NCBI GenBank assembly: GCA_019429005.1
Contig: JAHYJR010000005.1
Span: 54,581-118,580, forward strand
Origin: Nanobdellati archaeon
Lineage (GTDB): Archaea; EX4484-52; GLR71
Length of the DNA: 64,000 nt
Direction: 5' to 3'
Position 1 is the first letter of the stretch. Each line of letters begins with the position of its first letter. The notes below the pieces were generated by a model. The model was not told where the DNA came from. It saw only the letters and a list, made by a program, of their open reading frames with translations, and did no database searches. The position numbers and the translations under genes are program-made. Below, in pieces: positions 52,175 through 61,738 of the stretch.

Positions 52175-52323
52175 GGGCCTGTAGCTCAGTCTGGCAGAGC
52201 ACTGGACTCTTAATCCAGGTGTCGAGGGTTCAAAAAGGTAAATGTTATCATACAATGTTGTTTTAATTATTATGTAATTATAACTTTGTTATGCATTTGC
52301 TCTTGGAAATCCCTTCAGGCTCA
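52175..52323 (+). tRNA. tRNA-Lys(CTT) with 75-nt T-loop intron at 59/60 (52235-52309)
   Basis: Acceptor gggcctg/caggctc, anticodon arm ctgga-ctCTTaa-tccag, T-stem gaggg/ccctt split by the intron. BHB helix ttca/tgga. Confidence 0.92.
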
Positions 52324-52349
52324 TTATATAATTATAAAAGGTAGATTAT

Positions 52350-52745
52350 TTGAAAGAAAATGCAATCGATAAAACGACTTCAAAAAAGACCCCTGAAAAG
52401 GCTTCTGTGAAAGCATCTCCTAAAAAGGCTGCAGTAAAAGCATCTCCTAAAAAGGCTGTTGATAAAGCATCTTCTAAAACAGTTGTTGAAAAACCAACTG
52501 AACTTATGGCACATAATTTAATACCTAAACATGAGATTCTGATTGATGCTCAAGTAAAAACACTTCTTGAAAAATATCATATTGAAAAAAGTAATTTACC
52601 ACATATTTTTGATACAGATGTTATAGCTAAACAGCTTGGTGCTAAACCCGGCGATGTTATCTGTATAGAACGAGCATCAAAGACTGCAGGAATCTCTTTA
52701 TATTATCGTCTTGTTGTTTCTGAAGAAGGTGAAGATTATGATTAA
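52350..52745 (+). CDS. rpoH: RNA polymerase subunit H (Rpo5) with Lys/Ala-rich N-terminal extension
   Basis: HNLIPKHEIL...LPHI..TD.IAK.LGAKPGDVI.I.R.S.TAG...YYRLVV. TTG start; an alternative ATG lies at 52506. Confidence 0.93.
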   Translation: MKENAIDKTTSKKTPEKASVKASPKKAAVKASPKKAVDKASSKTVVEKPTELMAHNLIPKHEILIDAQVKTLLEKYHIEKSNLPHIFDTDVIAKQLGAKPGDVICIERASKTAGISLYYRLVVSEEGEDYD

Positions 52746-54222
52746 AAGCTTTTTGAACGAACAGAAAGATAAGTCTCGATATGTATCACACCATATTGAT
52801 TCTTTCAATGATTTTGTAGCAAGACGTATTCAAAGTATTATTGATGAACTTGGAGAAATCAAAATAGACCTTCCAACTCAAGAAAGTCTTACTATTAAAC
52901 TGGGTAAAGTTTTAATTGAAGCTCCACAGATTAGAGAAAGTGATGGCGCAACAAAAAGTATATTACCAATGGAAGCACGACTTAGAAATCTAACTTATTC
53001 CTCGCCACTTTATGTAGAAATGACACCTGTTTTTGAAGATGTTGAACATGAAACAACTTTTGTAAACATTGGTGAATTTCCAATAATGGTTAAATCAGAT
53101 CTTTGTCCATTATCTAGCATGTCAAGAACTGAATTAATTGCAGCTGGTGAAGATTCACACGATATGGGCGGTTATTTCATAATAAATGGTATTGAGCGAG
53201 TTCTTATTTTATCTGAAGAGATTGCAACAAACAAACTTATTATACAGAAAAAAGTCGAAGAAATTACAGCAAGATTAGATTCCAAAAATAGAGGTTATAC
53301 ACAAAGACATGCTTTTGAAAGAAAAGAGGATGGTAGCGTTGTTGTAAAATTTGCTAATTTAACAAGTACTCCAATAAATCTTATTATTTTAATGAAAGCT
53401 CTTGGTCTTGGTACTGATAAAGATGTTATGACTGCAATATCAAGAGATGGTAACATTAATGAAGCAACTTATTTACATCTTTTAATTGTTGATGTTACAA
53501 GTAGTGATGATGCAATTAATCATATTGGTCATCTTATGAAAATTTCTCAAAAAGAACAAATAGAATCAAGAGTTATGAATATACTTGATAATTATCTTTT
53601 ACCACATATTGGTCAAACTGCTGCAAGTAGAATTGATAAAGCATTATTCCTTGGTAAAGTTATAAATAAATTAGAGCTTTTAAAATCTGGAAAACTTAAT
53701 GATGATGATATAGATCATTATTCAAACAAACGATTACGTCTTTCAGGAGATTTACTTGAGTCTATATTAAGAGCAATTCTTCTTGGACGATGGGGCCTTA
53801 TTGCAAGATTACAGTATAATTATCAAAAAATGATTAAAAGAGGACGAAAATTACCAAATTTACAAAGTATCGTGATAACAGGTGTTCTTACAAAACAGAT
53901 TTTGAGGGCTATGGCCGTTGGTAATTTTGCAAATCAGACTGGTGTAAGTCAAAGGCTTGAGCGAAGTAATTTTGTTAGAGCTCAAGAGCATTTAAGAGCT
54001 GTTGTATCTCCTTTATCTTCAACTCAAGAACATTATGAAGCACGATCTCTACATTCAACACATTGGGGTAGGCTTGATGCTGTAAGAACTCCGGAAGGTC
54101 AAAACATTGGTCTTAGGAAATTTCTTGCCTTGGGTGCGCAAGTAACAACAACACCTAAAGCTGATGATGATCTTAAGATTGAATCTGCTTTAAAAAGTTT
54201 AGGTGTTTTAAAAGAATTATAA
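52738..54222 (+). CDS. rpoB2: RNA polymerase subunit B'' (Rpo2N)
   Basis: HIDSFNDF, EARLRNLTYSSPL, GGYFIING.ERV, DHYSNKRLRLSGDL and TPEG.N.GL. ATG at 52738 after GGTGA, overlapping rpoH. Confidence 0.97.
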   Translation: MIKSFLNEQKDKSRYVSHHIDSFNDFVARRIQSIIDELGEIKIDLPTQESLTIKLGKVLIEAPQIRESDGATKSILPMEARLRNLTYSSPLYVEMTPVFEDVEHETTFVNIGEFPIMVKSDLCPLSSMSRTELIAAGEDSHDMGGYFIINGIERVLILSEEIATNKLIIQKKVEEITARLDSKNRGYTQRHAFERKEDGSVVVKFANLTSTPINLIILMKALGLGTDKDVMTAISRDGNINEATYLHLLIVDVTSSDDAINHIGHLMKISQKEQIESRVMNILDNYLLPHIGQTAASRIDKALFLGKVINKLELLKSGKLNDDDIDHYSNKRLRLSGDLLESILRAILLGRWGLIARLQYNYQKMIKRGRKLPNLQSIVITGVLTKQILRAMAVGNFANQTGVSQRLERSNFVRAQEHLRAVVSPLSSTQEHYEARSLHSTHWGRLDAVRTPEGQNIGLRKFLALGAQVTTTPKADDDLKIESALKSLGVLKEL

Positions 54223-54282
54223 TCAAAGAATTATAATTCTAAGTAAAAGTATAGTCAATTATTAATTATCAATATATAAAGG

Positions 54283-56094
54283 GTGTCATATATCGCAGAA
54301 GTTTATTTTAATGGTAAATATGTAGGAGAGCATGAATCTCCACAAACGCTTGTAAAGTCATTGATTGAAAAGAGGCGAAAAAATATACTATCACACGACA
54401 TGAATGTTGGATATGTTGAGGATCGTAATGAGGTTCAAATCAATACTGATAGTGGTAGAGTTCGAAGACTTCTTATAGTTGTTAATGATGGTGTTCCTCT
54501 TTTGACTGAAGAACTTATCGCTAAATTAAAAAAGAAAGAAGTTTCCTGGGATGATATGACTGCACAGAATATTGTAGAATTTATTGATGCTGAAGAGGAA
54601 GAAAATACTTATATTGCATTAAAACGTGAAGATGTTACAAAAGATCATACACATCTTGAATTAGATCCAGTTCTTATGTTTGGTATATCTACATCAATAC
54701 TTCCATTCCCTGAAAAGAATCGTGGTGATCGTCTTAACTATGGTGCACGTATGGCAATTCAGGCAATTGGTTCTCCTGCACAAAATTATCTGATGCGTGA
54801 TGATACAACAATGAATGTTCTTGTATATCCTCAAGTACCTATTGTTGATACTGAAACAATAGATTCAATAGGTCTTACTTCACATCCATCTGGACAGAAT
54901 CTTGTTATTGCAATAATGCCTTTTTATGGTTACAATATAGAGGATGCTATAATTATAAATAAAGCTTCAATAGATCGTGGTTTTGGTAGATCTTTAAGTT
55001 ATAAAACACATGTCAGTGAATTTAGAAGATATTGGGGTGGTCAGGAAGATGAGATCCGTGTACCCGACCCAAGTGTTCATGGTTATAAATCAGAAGAAGC
55101 ATATAGGGATCTTGATGAGTATGGTATAATCAACCCCGAAATAAAAGTTTCAGAAGGTTCAACTCTTGTAGGTAAAGTATCTCCTTTAAGATTTCTTGGT
55201 ATAACAAAAGAAGTACGTATGGGTATACAGAATTTTAGAGAGAATTCACTTACAGTTGAAAAAAATGCATCAGGTTATGTTGAGAAAGTAATTCTTACAA
55301 CAGATCAGCAAGGAAATAAGATTGTTAAAGTAAGTGTACGTGATACTAAGATACCTGAAGTTGGCGATAAATTTGCAACAAGACATGGTCAAAAAGGTGT
55401 TATAGGTATTGTTGTTCCTGAAGAAGATATGCCTTTTACTGAAGATGGTACAAGACCTGATGTAATTATAACAACACATGCTATTCCTTCTAGAATGACT
55501 GTTGGTCAGCTTCTTGAGATAATTGCTGGTAAAGCTGGTGCTCTTGCAGGAAAACGTGTGAATGGTACTGCTTTTAAAGGTGATGAAGCTCATATTCGTG
55601 AAGCTCTTAAAGTCTTAGGTTTCCGTGATGATGGTCGTGAGACTATGTATAATGGTATCACGGGCGAAAAAATGGAAAGTACTGTGCTTATCGGTATTGG
55701 TTATTATCAAAAGCTTTATCATTTAGTTTCAAAGAAGATGCATGCAAGATCTCGTGGTCCTGTTGCACTTATGACAAAACAACCTACAGAAGGTAGATCT
55801 AAGGATGGTGGACTTAGAATAGGTGAGATGGAAAAAGATTGTTTCATCGCACATGGTGCACCTATTGTACTTAGGGAAAGATTCAGTTCCGATATGGTTA
55901 TAGTTCCAGTGTGTAGGGAATGTGGTGTTGTTGCAGTAGATGATAAACTTAAAAACAAAATAACTTGTCCTGTTTGTAAGACCTCATCAAAGAACAATAT
56001 TGTGATGACTGAGATGTCATACGCATTTAAGCTTATGCTTGATGAGTTAAAAAGTATGACACTATATCCAAAAATCATACCTGTTGAGAAATAA
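54283..56094 (+). CDS. rpoB1: RNA polymerase subunit B' (Rpo2C)
   Basis: GYNIEDA, GDKFATRHGQKG, HAIPSRMTVGQ, KMHARSRGP, GGLRIGEME and the C-terminal Zn ribbon. Confidence 0.97.
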   Translation: MSYIAEVYFNGKYVGEHESPQTLVKSLIEKRRKNILSHDMNVGYVEDRNEVQINTDSGRVRRLLIVVNDGVPLLTEELIAKLKKKEVSWDDMTAQNIVEFIDAEEEENTYIALKREDVTKDHTHLELDPVLMFGISTSILPFPEKNRGDRLNYGARMAIQAIGSPAQNYLMRDDTTMNVLVYPQVPIVDTETIDSIGLTSHPSGQNLVIAIMPFYGYNIEDAIIINKASIDRGFGRSLSYKTHVSEFRRYWGGQEDEIRVPDPSVHGYKSEEAYRDLDEYGIINPEIKVSEGSTLVGKVSPLRFLGITKEVRMGIQNFRENSLTVEKNASGYVEKVILTTDQQGNKIVKVSVRDTKIPEVGDKFATRHGQKGVIGIVVPEEDMPFTEDGTRPDVIITTHAIPSRMTVGQLLEIIAGKAGALAGKRVNGTAFKGDEAHIREALKVLGFRDDGRETMYNGITGEKMESTVLIGIGYYQKLYHLVSKKMHARSRGPVALMTKQPTEGRSKDGGLRIGEMEKDCFIAHGAPIVLRERFSSDMVIVPVCRECGVVAVDDKLKNKITCPVCKTSSKNNIVMTEMSYAFKLMLDELKSMTLYPKIIPVEK

Positions 56095-56136
56095 TTAGGT
56101 AATTTAAATAAATATAATTAAGATTAGGTTATTAAG

Positions 56137-58638
56137 ATGGTTTCAGTTATCGAAAAAATTAATTTCAAAATGATGTCACCCCAGATGATACAAAAATTGG
56201 GGGCAATAAATGTGACAAATTCCGAAGTGTATGATGCCGACGCATATCCTGTTGAAGGTGGAGTTATGGATCCTCATATGGGTGTCATAGACCCAGGTAT
56301 GCGTTGTAAAACTTGTGGTGGCAGAAGTGGTGAGTGTCAAGGCCATTTTGGTTATATTAATCTTGCTAAACCTGTTCTTAATATATTATTTATTAAGCAA
56401 ATAAAAACAGTTCTTACATATACTTGTGAGCATTGTGGTGAACTTCTTTTTTCAAAAGATTTACTTAAAACTTCTAAATTATCTAAAATTAAACCTTCAA
56501 AAGATTGTCCTGTATGTACTAAAGCAAACAGAAAATTAGTTTTTGAGAGACCTCAGACATTTAAAAGGGATAAACAGATTATTACTCCTGAAGAAATTAG
56601 AGAACACTTTGAAAAGATAAAAGATTCTGATGTAAAATATGTAGGTCTCGCGGGTGGAAGACCTGAATGGATGATACTTACAGTTATGCCTGTACCTTCA
56701 ATAACAACAAGGCCTTCAATTACACTTACAACTGGTGAGCGAAGTGAAGATGATCTTACACACAAACTTGTTGATGTAATTAGAACAAATCAGAGACTTG
56801 CAAGCAATCTAGAGATTGGTGCACCTGAATTTATTCTTGATGATCTTTGGGAACTTCTTCAATATCATGTTACTACATTTTTTAATAACGAAGTAAGTGG
56901 TTTACCACCTGCAAGACATCGTTCAGGAAGACAACTTAAAACGCTCTCACAAAGATTAAAATCTAAAGATGGACGTTTTAGAAATAATCTTACTGGTAAA
57001 AGAGTTAACTTTTCAGCAAGAACTGTTGTATCTCCAGATCCAAATATTGGTGTTAATGAAGTTGGTGTGCCTGCAGCTATAACAAGAGAATTAACTGTAC
57101 CTGCTCGAGCTACTAAAGATAACCTTAAAGAACTTAAGGAAATGCTTAATCGTGGACCAAATCAAATTGGTGGGGCTAATTATGTTATTAGACCAGATGG
57201 TTTAAGGAAAAAGATAACAGATATGAACAAAGATTTAATCCTTGAAGAATTTGATGTTGATTTTATACTTGAACGACATATAAACAATGGTGATATTGTT
57301 CTTTTCAATAGACAACCATCATTACATCGTATGTCTATTATGGCACATAAGGTTGTAGTTACACAGGATAAAACATTTAAATTAAATCTTGTTGTATGTA
57401 AACCTTATAATGCCGATTTTGATGGTGATGAAATGAATCTTCATGTACCACAATCTGCTGAAGCACGTGCTGAAGCTAAACAGCTTATGCTTGTTGAAGA
57501 AAATCTAAGATCTCCACGATTTGGTGGTCCAATAATAGGTTGTGATCAGGATTATATTTCTGGAAGTTATATCCTAACAAAAAAGGGTGTAATTATCAAT
57601 AAGAAAGATGTAGCACAATTAATGTATGCTGTTGGTATTTCAGAAGATCTTAATAAAGAAGAATACACAGGTAAGGAAGTTATGAGTATGGTTCTTCCTA
57701 AAGGTCTTAACATTGAATATAAGACTGGATTTTGTTTAAAATGTTCAGAATGTAAAAAAGGTAAATGTGTATCTGATGCATATCTTGTTATTGAAGATGG
57801 TAATTTAATTTGTGGTGTATTTGATAGTAAAGCTATTGCATCATTTAAAGGTGCTATTCTTGACAGGATTGATCTTGAATTTGGTCATAAGGTTGCTATA
57901 AAATTCCTTGAACAGTTGACAAGATTAACTTTAGAATTTATTATGCGAGATGGATTCAGTATCTCTGTTTCAGATATGGATATATCTAATAATACTCAAA
58001 AACAGATTGATGGTGTTATAGATAAAAGTCTTATTGGTGTCAATAAACTTATAGATAAATATGATGCTGGTGAGATTGTACCAAACCCTGGACGAAGTAT
58101 GGAAGAAACTCTTGAAACTCTAGTTATGTCTGAATTACAAAGTATCCTTACACGTGCACAGGTTATAATTTCTGATAACGCAGTTGAAAATTCTGCGGTA
58201 ATTATGGCAAAAACAGGTGCAAGGGGTAGTATGCAAAATCTTACATTTATGGCAGGTTTGATTGGTCAAGAAGCTATAAGTGGTGGACGAATATTTAGAG
58301 GTTATAGGACACGTACTCTTACACATTTTAAACAGAATGATTTTTCAGCAGAATCTCATGGTTTTGTAAGATCTTCATTTAAAAAAGGTTTGAATCCTAT
58401 CGAGTTTTTCTTTGAAGCTATGAAAGGTCGTGAAGGTATTATGGATTCATCTCTTAAGACTAGGATTAGTGGATATATGCAACGAAGACTTGTTAATGCA
58501 CTTCAGGATAATATTGTTCAGAAAGATATATCTGTTAGAGATGGTGCTGGAACAATAATACAATTCCTTGCTGGTGAAGATGGAATTGATCCTGCAAAGA
58601 GTGATAATGGTGTATTAATCAATTTAAAAAGGATTTAA
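56137..58638 (+). CDS. rpoA1: RNA polymerase subunit A' (Rpo1N)
   Basis: C..CG...C.GHFG, GKRVNFSARTV, FNRQPSLH and catalytic YNADFDGDEMN. Confidence 0.98.
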   Translation: MVSVIEKINFKMMSPQMIQKLGAINVTNSEVYDADAYPVEGGVMDPHMGVIDPGMRCKTCGGRSGECQGHFGYINLAKPVLNILFIKQIKTVLTYTCEHCGELLFSKDLLKTSKLSKIKPSKDCPVCTKANRKLVFERPQTFKRDKQIITPEEIREHFEKIKDSDVKYVGLAGGRPEWMILTVMPVPSITTRPSITLTTGERSEDDLTHKLVDVIRTNQRLASNLEIGAPEFILDDLWELLQYHVTTFFNNEVSGLPPARHRSGRQLKTLSQRLKSKDGRFRNNLTGKRVNFSARTVVSPDPNIGVNEVGVPAAITRELTVPARATKDNLKELKEMLNRGPNQIGGANYVIRPDGLRKKITDMNKDLILEEFDVDFILERHINNGDIVLFNRQPSLHRMSIMAHKVVVTQDKTFKLNLVVCKPYNADFDGDEMNLHVPQSAEARAEAKQLMLVEENLRSPRFGGPIIGCDQDYISGSYILTKKGVIINKKDVAQLMYAVGISEDLNKEEYTGKEVMSMVLPKGLNIEYKTGFCLKCSECKKGKCVSDAYLVIEDGNLICGVFDSKAIASFKGAILDRIDLEFGHKVAIKFLEQLTRLTLEFIMRDGFSISVSDMDISNNTQKQIDGVIDKSLIGVNKLIDKYDAGEIVPNPGRSMEETLETLVMSELQSILTRAQVIISDNAVENSAVIMAKTGARGSMQNLTFMAGLIGQEAISGGRIFRGYRTRTLTHFKQNDFSAESHGFVRSSFKKGLNPIEFFFEAMKGREGIMDSSLKTRISGYMQRRLVNALQDNIVQKDISVRDGAGTIIQFLAGEDGIDPAKSDNGVLINLKRI

Positions 58639-58668
58639 TTAAGGATTTATTCAATAGGTGATAATTTC

Positions 58669-59775
58669 ATGTCAAACGAAATCATAGAATATTACGAAAA
58701 AAAAATAGATAATTTAGATATAGATGCAAAATTAAAGACTGCTCTTAAAAAGAAAGTTTCTATTATGTATCCTAAAATGAGTTATGATCATGGTGAAGCT
58801 GTTGGTGTTGTAGCAGCACAGTCAATAAGTGAACCTGCTACACAAACAACTTTAAAATCATATCATAGGGATGCTACGGCTGGTCTTGAAATAACTCAAG
58901 GTCTACCAAGAATTCTTGAAATCTTTGATGGTCGACGTGAACCAAAAACACCTTCTATGAAAATATTATTATTGGATGATTATAATAATGTTGATGGTGC
59001 GAAATTAGTTGCAGCAAATATAAGAGAAACCGTCCTTAAACAAGTTGTTTATGAAGATGCAATCAATCTTGTAAACATGAATATTGAATTTACATTTGAT
59101 AAAGCACAACTTAAGATATTAAATTTGAGTCTTGATGAAATCTCAAAAGGTGTTAAGAAAGCAATCAAAAACATTGAAGTAAAGATCGAAGGCGATAAAG
59201 TTATTGTTGAACCTAAAAAAGCAAATATTACTGTAAAAGATTTACAAAGTATAAGGGTGAAAGCACGATTATCGTATGTGAAAGGTATAAAAGGTATAAC
59301 GCATACTGTTATTGAAAATGATAGTAATACATGGATAATACATACCCTTGGCTCCAACCTTAAGAAAGTTTTAAAAATTGCAGGTGTAGATACTTATAAT
59401 ACTAAAACAAATAATATTTTTGAAATACAAGAAGTTATGGGTATTGAAGCTTCACGAAATGCTATTATAAATGAATTATTAGAAACAATGCGATCTCAAG
59501 GTGTAGATACTGATATTAGACATATTATGCTTGTAGCAGATGCTATGACAAGTCATGGTAAAGTTTATGCTATTGGACGATATGGTCTTTCTGGTATAAA
59601 ATCATCAGTCCTTGCAAGAGCAAATTTTGAGGAAACTGTAAAACATCTTATAAATGCATCAGCAGAGGATGTTGTGGATGTAATTGATGGTGTTGTTGAA
59701 AACGTTATAATTGGCAAGACTGCGAAAGTAGGAACTGGTCTTGTGAATTTAGTGATTAAAAAAACAGACAAATAA
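58669..59775 (+). CDS. rpoA2: RNA polymerase subunit A'' (Rpo1C)
   Basis: [29 protein letters not shown]-like motif, DIRHIML.AD.MT, SVLARA.FE and ENVIIG...VGTG. Confidence 0.97.
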   Translation: MSNEIIEYYEKKIDNLDIDAKLKTALKKKVSIMYPKMSYDHGEAVGVVAAQSISEPATQTTLKSYHRDATAGLEITQGLPRILEIFDGRREPKTPSMKILLLDDYNNVDGAKLVAANIRETVLKQVVYEDAINLVNMNIEFTFDKAQLKILNLSLDEISKGVKKAIKNIEVKIEGDKVIVEPKKANITVKDLQSIRVKARLSYVKGIKGITHTVIENDSNTWIIHTLGSNLKKVLKIAGVDTYNTKTNNIFEIQEVMGIEASRNAIINELLETMRSQGVDTDIRHIMLVADAMTSHGKVYAIGRYGLSGIKSSVLARANFEETVKHLINASAEDVVDVIDGVVENVIIGKTAKVGTGLVNLVIKKTDK

Positions 59776-59819
59776 GTTTAAAAAGAATTAGATAAGATAA
59801 TTTTTCAAGGTGGATATAT

Positions 59820-60092
59820 ATGACAGAAAAAAATGTGGATGCTGTAATAAAAACAGCTTTGACTACTGATAAATTGCTTATCGGTACAAATAAAGTACTT
59901 AAAGCGGTTAAATTAGGAAAAGCAGAAATAGTAGTACTTGCATCAAATTGTTCAGATTTAATAAGGAATGATATAATGAGTAGTGCAAAATTATCTGGTG
60001 TTGAAATAATTAATTATGAAAAAAACGCTAGAAATTTAGGAGCTATATGTAAAAAAGAATTTACAGTAGTCAGTGTGTGTACATTGAAATAG
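59820..60092 (+). CDS. rpl30e: 50S ribosomal protein L30e
   Basis: IG...LKA...GKA..VVLASNC...LG.ICKK.F; conserved position after rpoA''. Confidence 0.92.
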   Translation: MTEKNVDAVIKTALTTDKLLIGTNKVLKAVKLGKAEIVVLASNCSDLIRNDIMSSAKLSGVEIINYEKNARNLGAICKKEFTVVSVCTLK

Positions 60093-60190
60093 ATAAGTAT
60101 ATAATACTTTCAGTTGATATAAATAATGTGTTTTTATTATATCTGAAGAATATTATTAAAATATTAAATAAAAAATATTAGTGATTTACA

Positions 60191-60610
60191 ATGCCAGGAC
60201 TTTTCGCAGGAAGGAATATCAAAAAGAAAAGACAAGAATCCAGATGGAAAGACATCTATTATAAACAGAGGGTTCTTGGTCTAAAAGTTGCACAGGATCC
60301 TCTTAAAGGTAGTCCTCAAGCTAAAGCTATCGTTCTAGAAAAAAGGAATATTGAAGCAAAACAACCGAATTCAGCAATGCGAAAATGTGTTAGAATACAA
60401 CTTACAAAAAATGGTAAGCAAATAACAGCTTTTGTTCCTGGTAATGGTGCTATAAGCCATATACAGGAGCATGATGAAGTTCTTGTAGAAGGTATTGGTG
60501 GAACAAAAGGACGAGCTAAAGGAGATATTCCAACAGTAAGATGGCAAGTTATTAAAGTAAACAATCTATCTCTTAATGCTTTATTAAAAGGAAAAGTTAA
60601 GAGAGGTTAA
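60191..60610 (+). CDS. rps12: 30S ribosomal protein S12 (uS12, archaeal type)
   Basis: [33 protein letters not shown] and GDIP.VRW.V. Confidence 0.98.
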   Translation: MPGLFAGRNIKKKRQESRWKDIYYKQRVLGLKVAQDPLKGSPQAKAIVLEKRNIEAKQPNSAMRKCVRIQLTKNGKQITAFVPGNGAISHIQEHDEVLVEGIGGTKGRAKGDIPTVRWQVIKVNNLSLNALLKGKVKRG

Positions 60611-60612
60611 TC

Positions 60613-61590
60613 GTGATTTTTATGATGGATTCAAAACAAGATAAAATCGAAACTCCGGTAACAAATGCTCCGGTAACAAAAACAAAAGTAGCTAGTACAA
60701 AAGTAGCTAGTACAAAAGTAGCTAGTACAAAAGTAGCTGATACAAAAGTAGCTGATACAAAAGTAGCTAGTACAAAAGTAGCTGATACAAAAGTAGCTAG
60801 TACAAAAGTAGCTAGTACAAAAGTAGCTGATACAAAAGTAGCTGATACAAAAGTAGCTGATACAAAAGTAGCTAGTACAAAAGTAGCTAGTACAAAAGTA
60901 GCTAGTACAAAAGTAGCTAGTACAAAAGTAGCTAGTACAAAAGTAGCTGATACAAAAGTTGTTAAAACAAAGGCAATAGCTGTAGATATAACTCCAGAAT
61001 TATTATTATTTAATAGATGGTCTACTAGTGCAATTGTTGTAGAAGATCCGGGTCTTAAAGGTTATATTAATTTAAAACCTATGATTGTTCCAAAATCAGG
61101 TGGAAAATTACAGAAAAAACAATTTTATAAATCTAATATGCATATTGTTGAAAGGCTTTTAAACAAGCTTTTTGTTTCAGGTCATAAAGGTAAGAAACAT
61201 AAACTTTCATCTGGACAGAATGTTGGTAAGACTATGGTAGTTTGGAATATTATTGAAAACGCATTTGATATTATAGAGAAAAAGACTACTAAGAATCCTG
61301 TTGAAGTTCTTGTTCGTGCAATTGAGAACAGTGCTCCTATTGAAGAAGTATTATCTTTCCAGAAAGGTGGTAGTTTTACAAGAGAACCTGTTTTAACATC
61401 ACCACAAAGACGTGTTGATCTTGCATTAAGATTTATTGTACAGACTGTGTATTCAAAAAGTAAGATGAAAAAGAAAAAAGCTTATGATGCTCTTGCTGAT
61501 GAGCTTATCGCTGCATACAAAAATGAAACAGCATCTGCTGCAGTATCTGAAAAGATTAGACGTGAGAAAGAAGCACACGGTGCAAGATAA
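60613..61590 (+). CDS. rps7: 30S ribosomal protein S7 (uS7) with ~120-aa repeat-built N-terminal extension
   Basis: Core LFNRW...DPGL..YINL, IVERLLNKL, NPVEVLVRAIENSAP.EE and SPQRRVDLALR, ending in AR. Start at GTG 60613 or ATG 60622/60625. Confidence 0.96.
   Translation: MIFMMDSKQDKIETPVTNAPVTKTKVASTKVASTKVASTKVADTKVADTKVASTKVADTKVASTKVASTKVADTKVADTKVADTKVASTKVASTKVASTKVASTKVASTKVADTKVVKTKAIAVDITPELLLFNRWSTSAIVVEDPGLKGYINLKPMIVPKSGGKLQKKQFYKSNMHIVERLLNKLFVSGHKGKKHKLSSGQNVGKTMVVWNIIENAFDIIEKKTTKNPVEVLVRAIENSAPIEEVLSFQKGGSFTREPVLTSPQRRVDLALRFIVQTVYSKSKMKKKKAYDALADELIAAYKNETASAAVSEKIRREKEAHGAR
60682..60951 (+). repeat. In-frame tandem repeat, 18 x 15 bp (acaaaagtagct + agt or gat) encoding TKVAS/TKVAD
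   Basis: Order S,S,S,D,D,S,D,S,S,D,D,D,S,S,S,S,S,D (11 S, 7 D); no other variation. Confidence 0.97.
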
Positions 61591-61632
61591 TATTATCTTG
61601 TATTTCACTTTTTTTTATTTTTTATTTTTTTT
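61583..61632 (+). terminator. Palindrome plus T-tract ending the rpo/S7 operon
   Basis: caagataatattatcttg (61583-61600) spans the rps7 stop and is followed by long T runs. Confidence 0.55.
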
Positions 61633-61738
61633 AAAGTAATTATACAGTCTCGAGTTTAATTTTTTTATTAAAAATGTATTGTCTATTTCTATCTAACTAT
61701 ATCAAAAAGACATTTAAGGAAATACACCTTATTATTTA

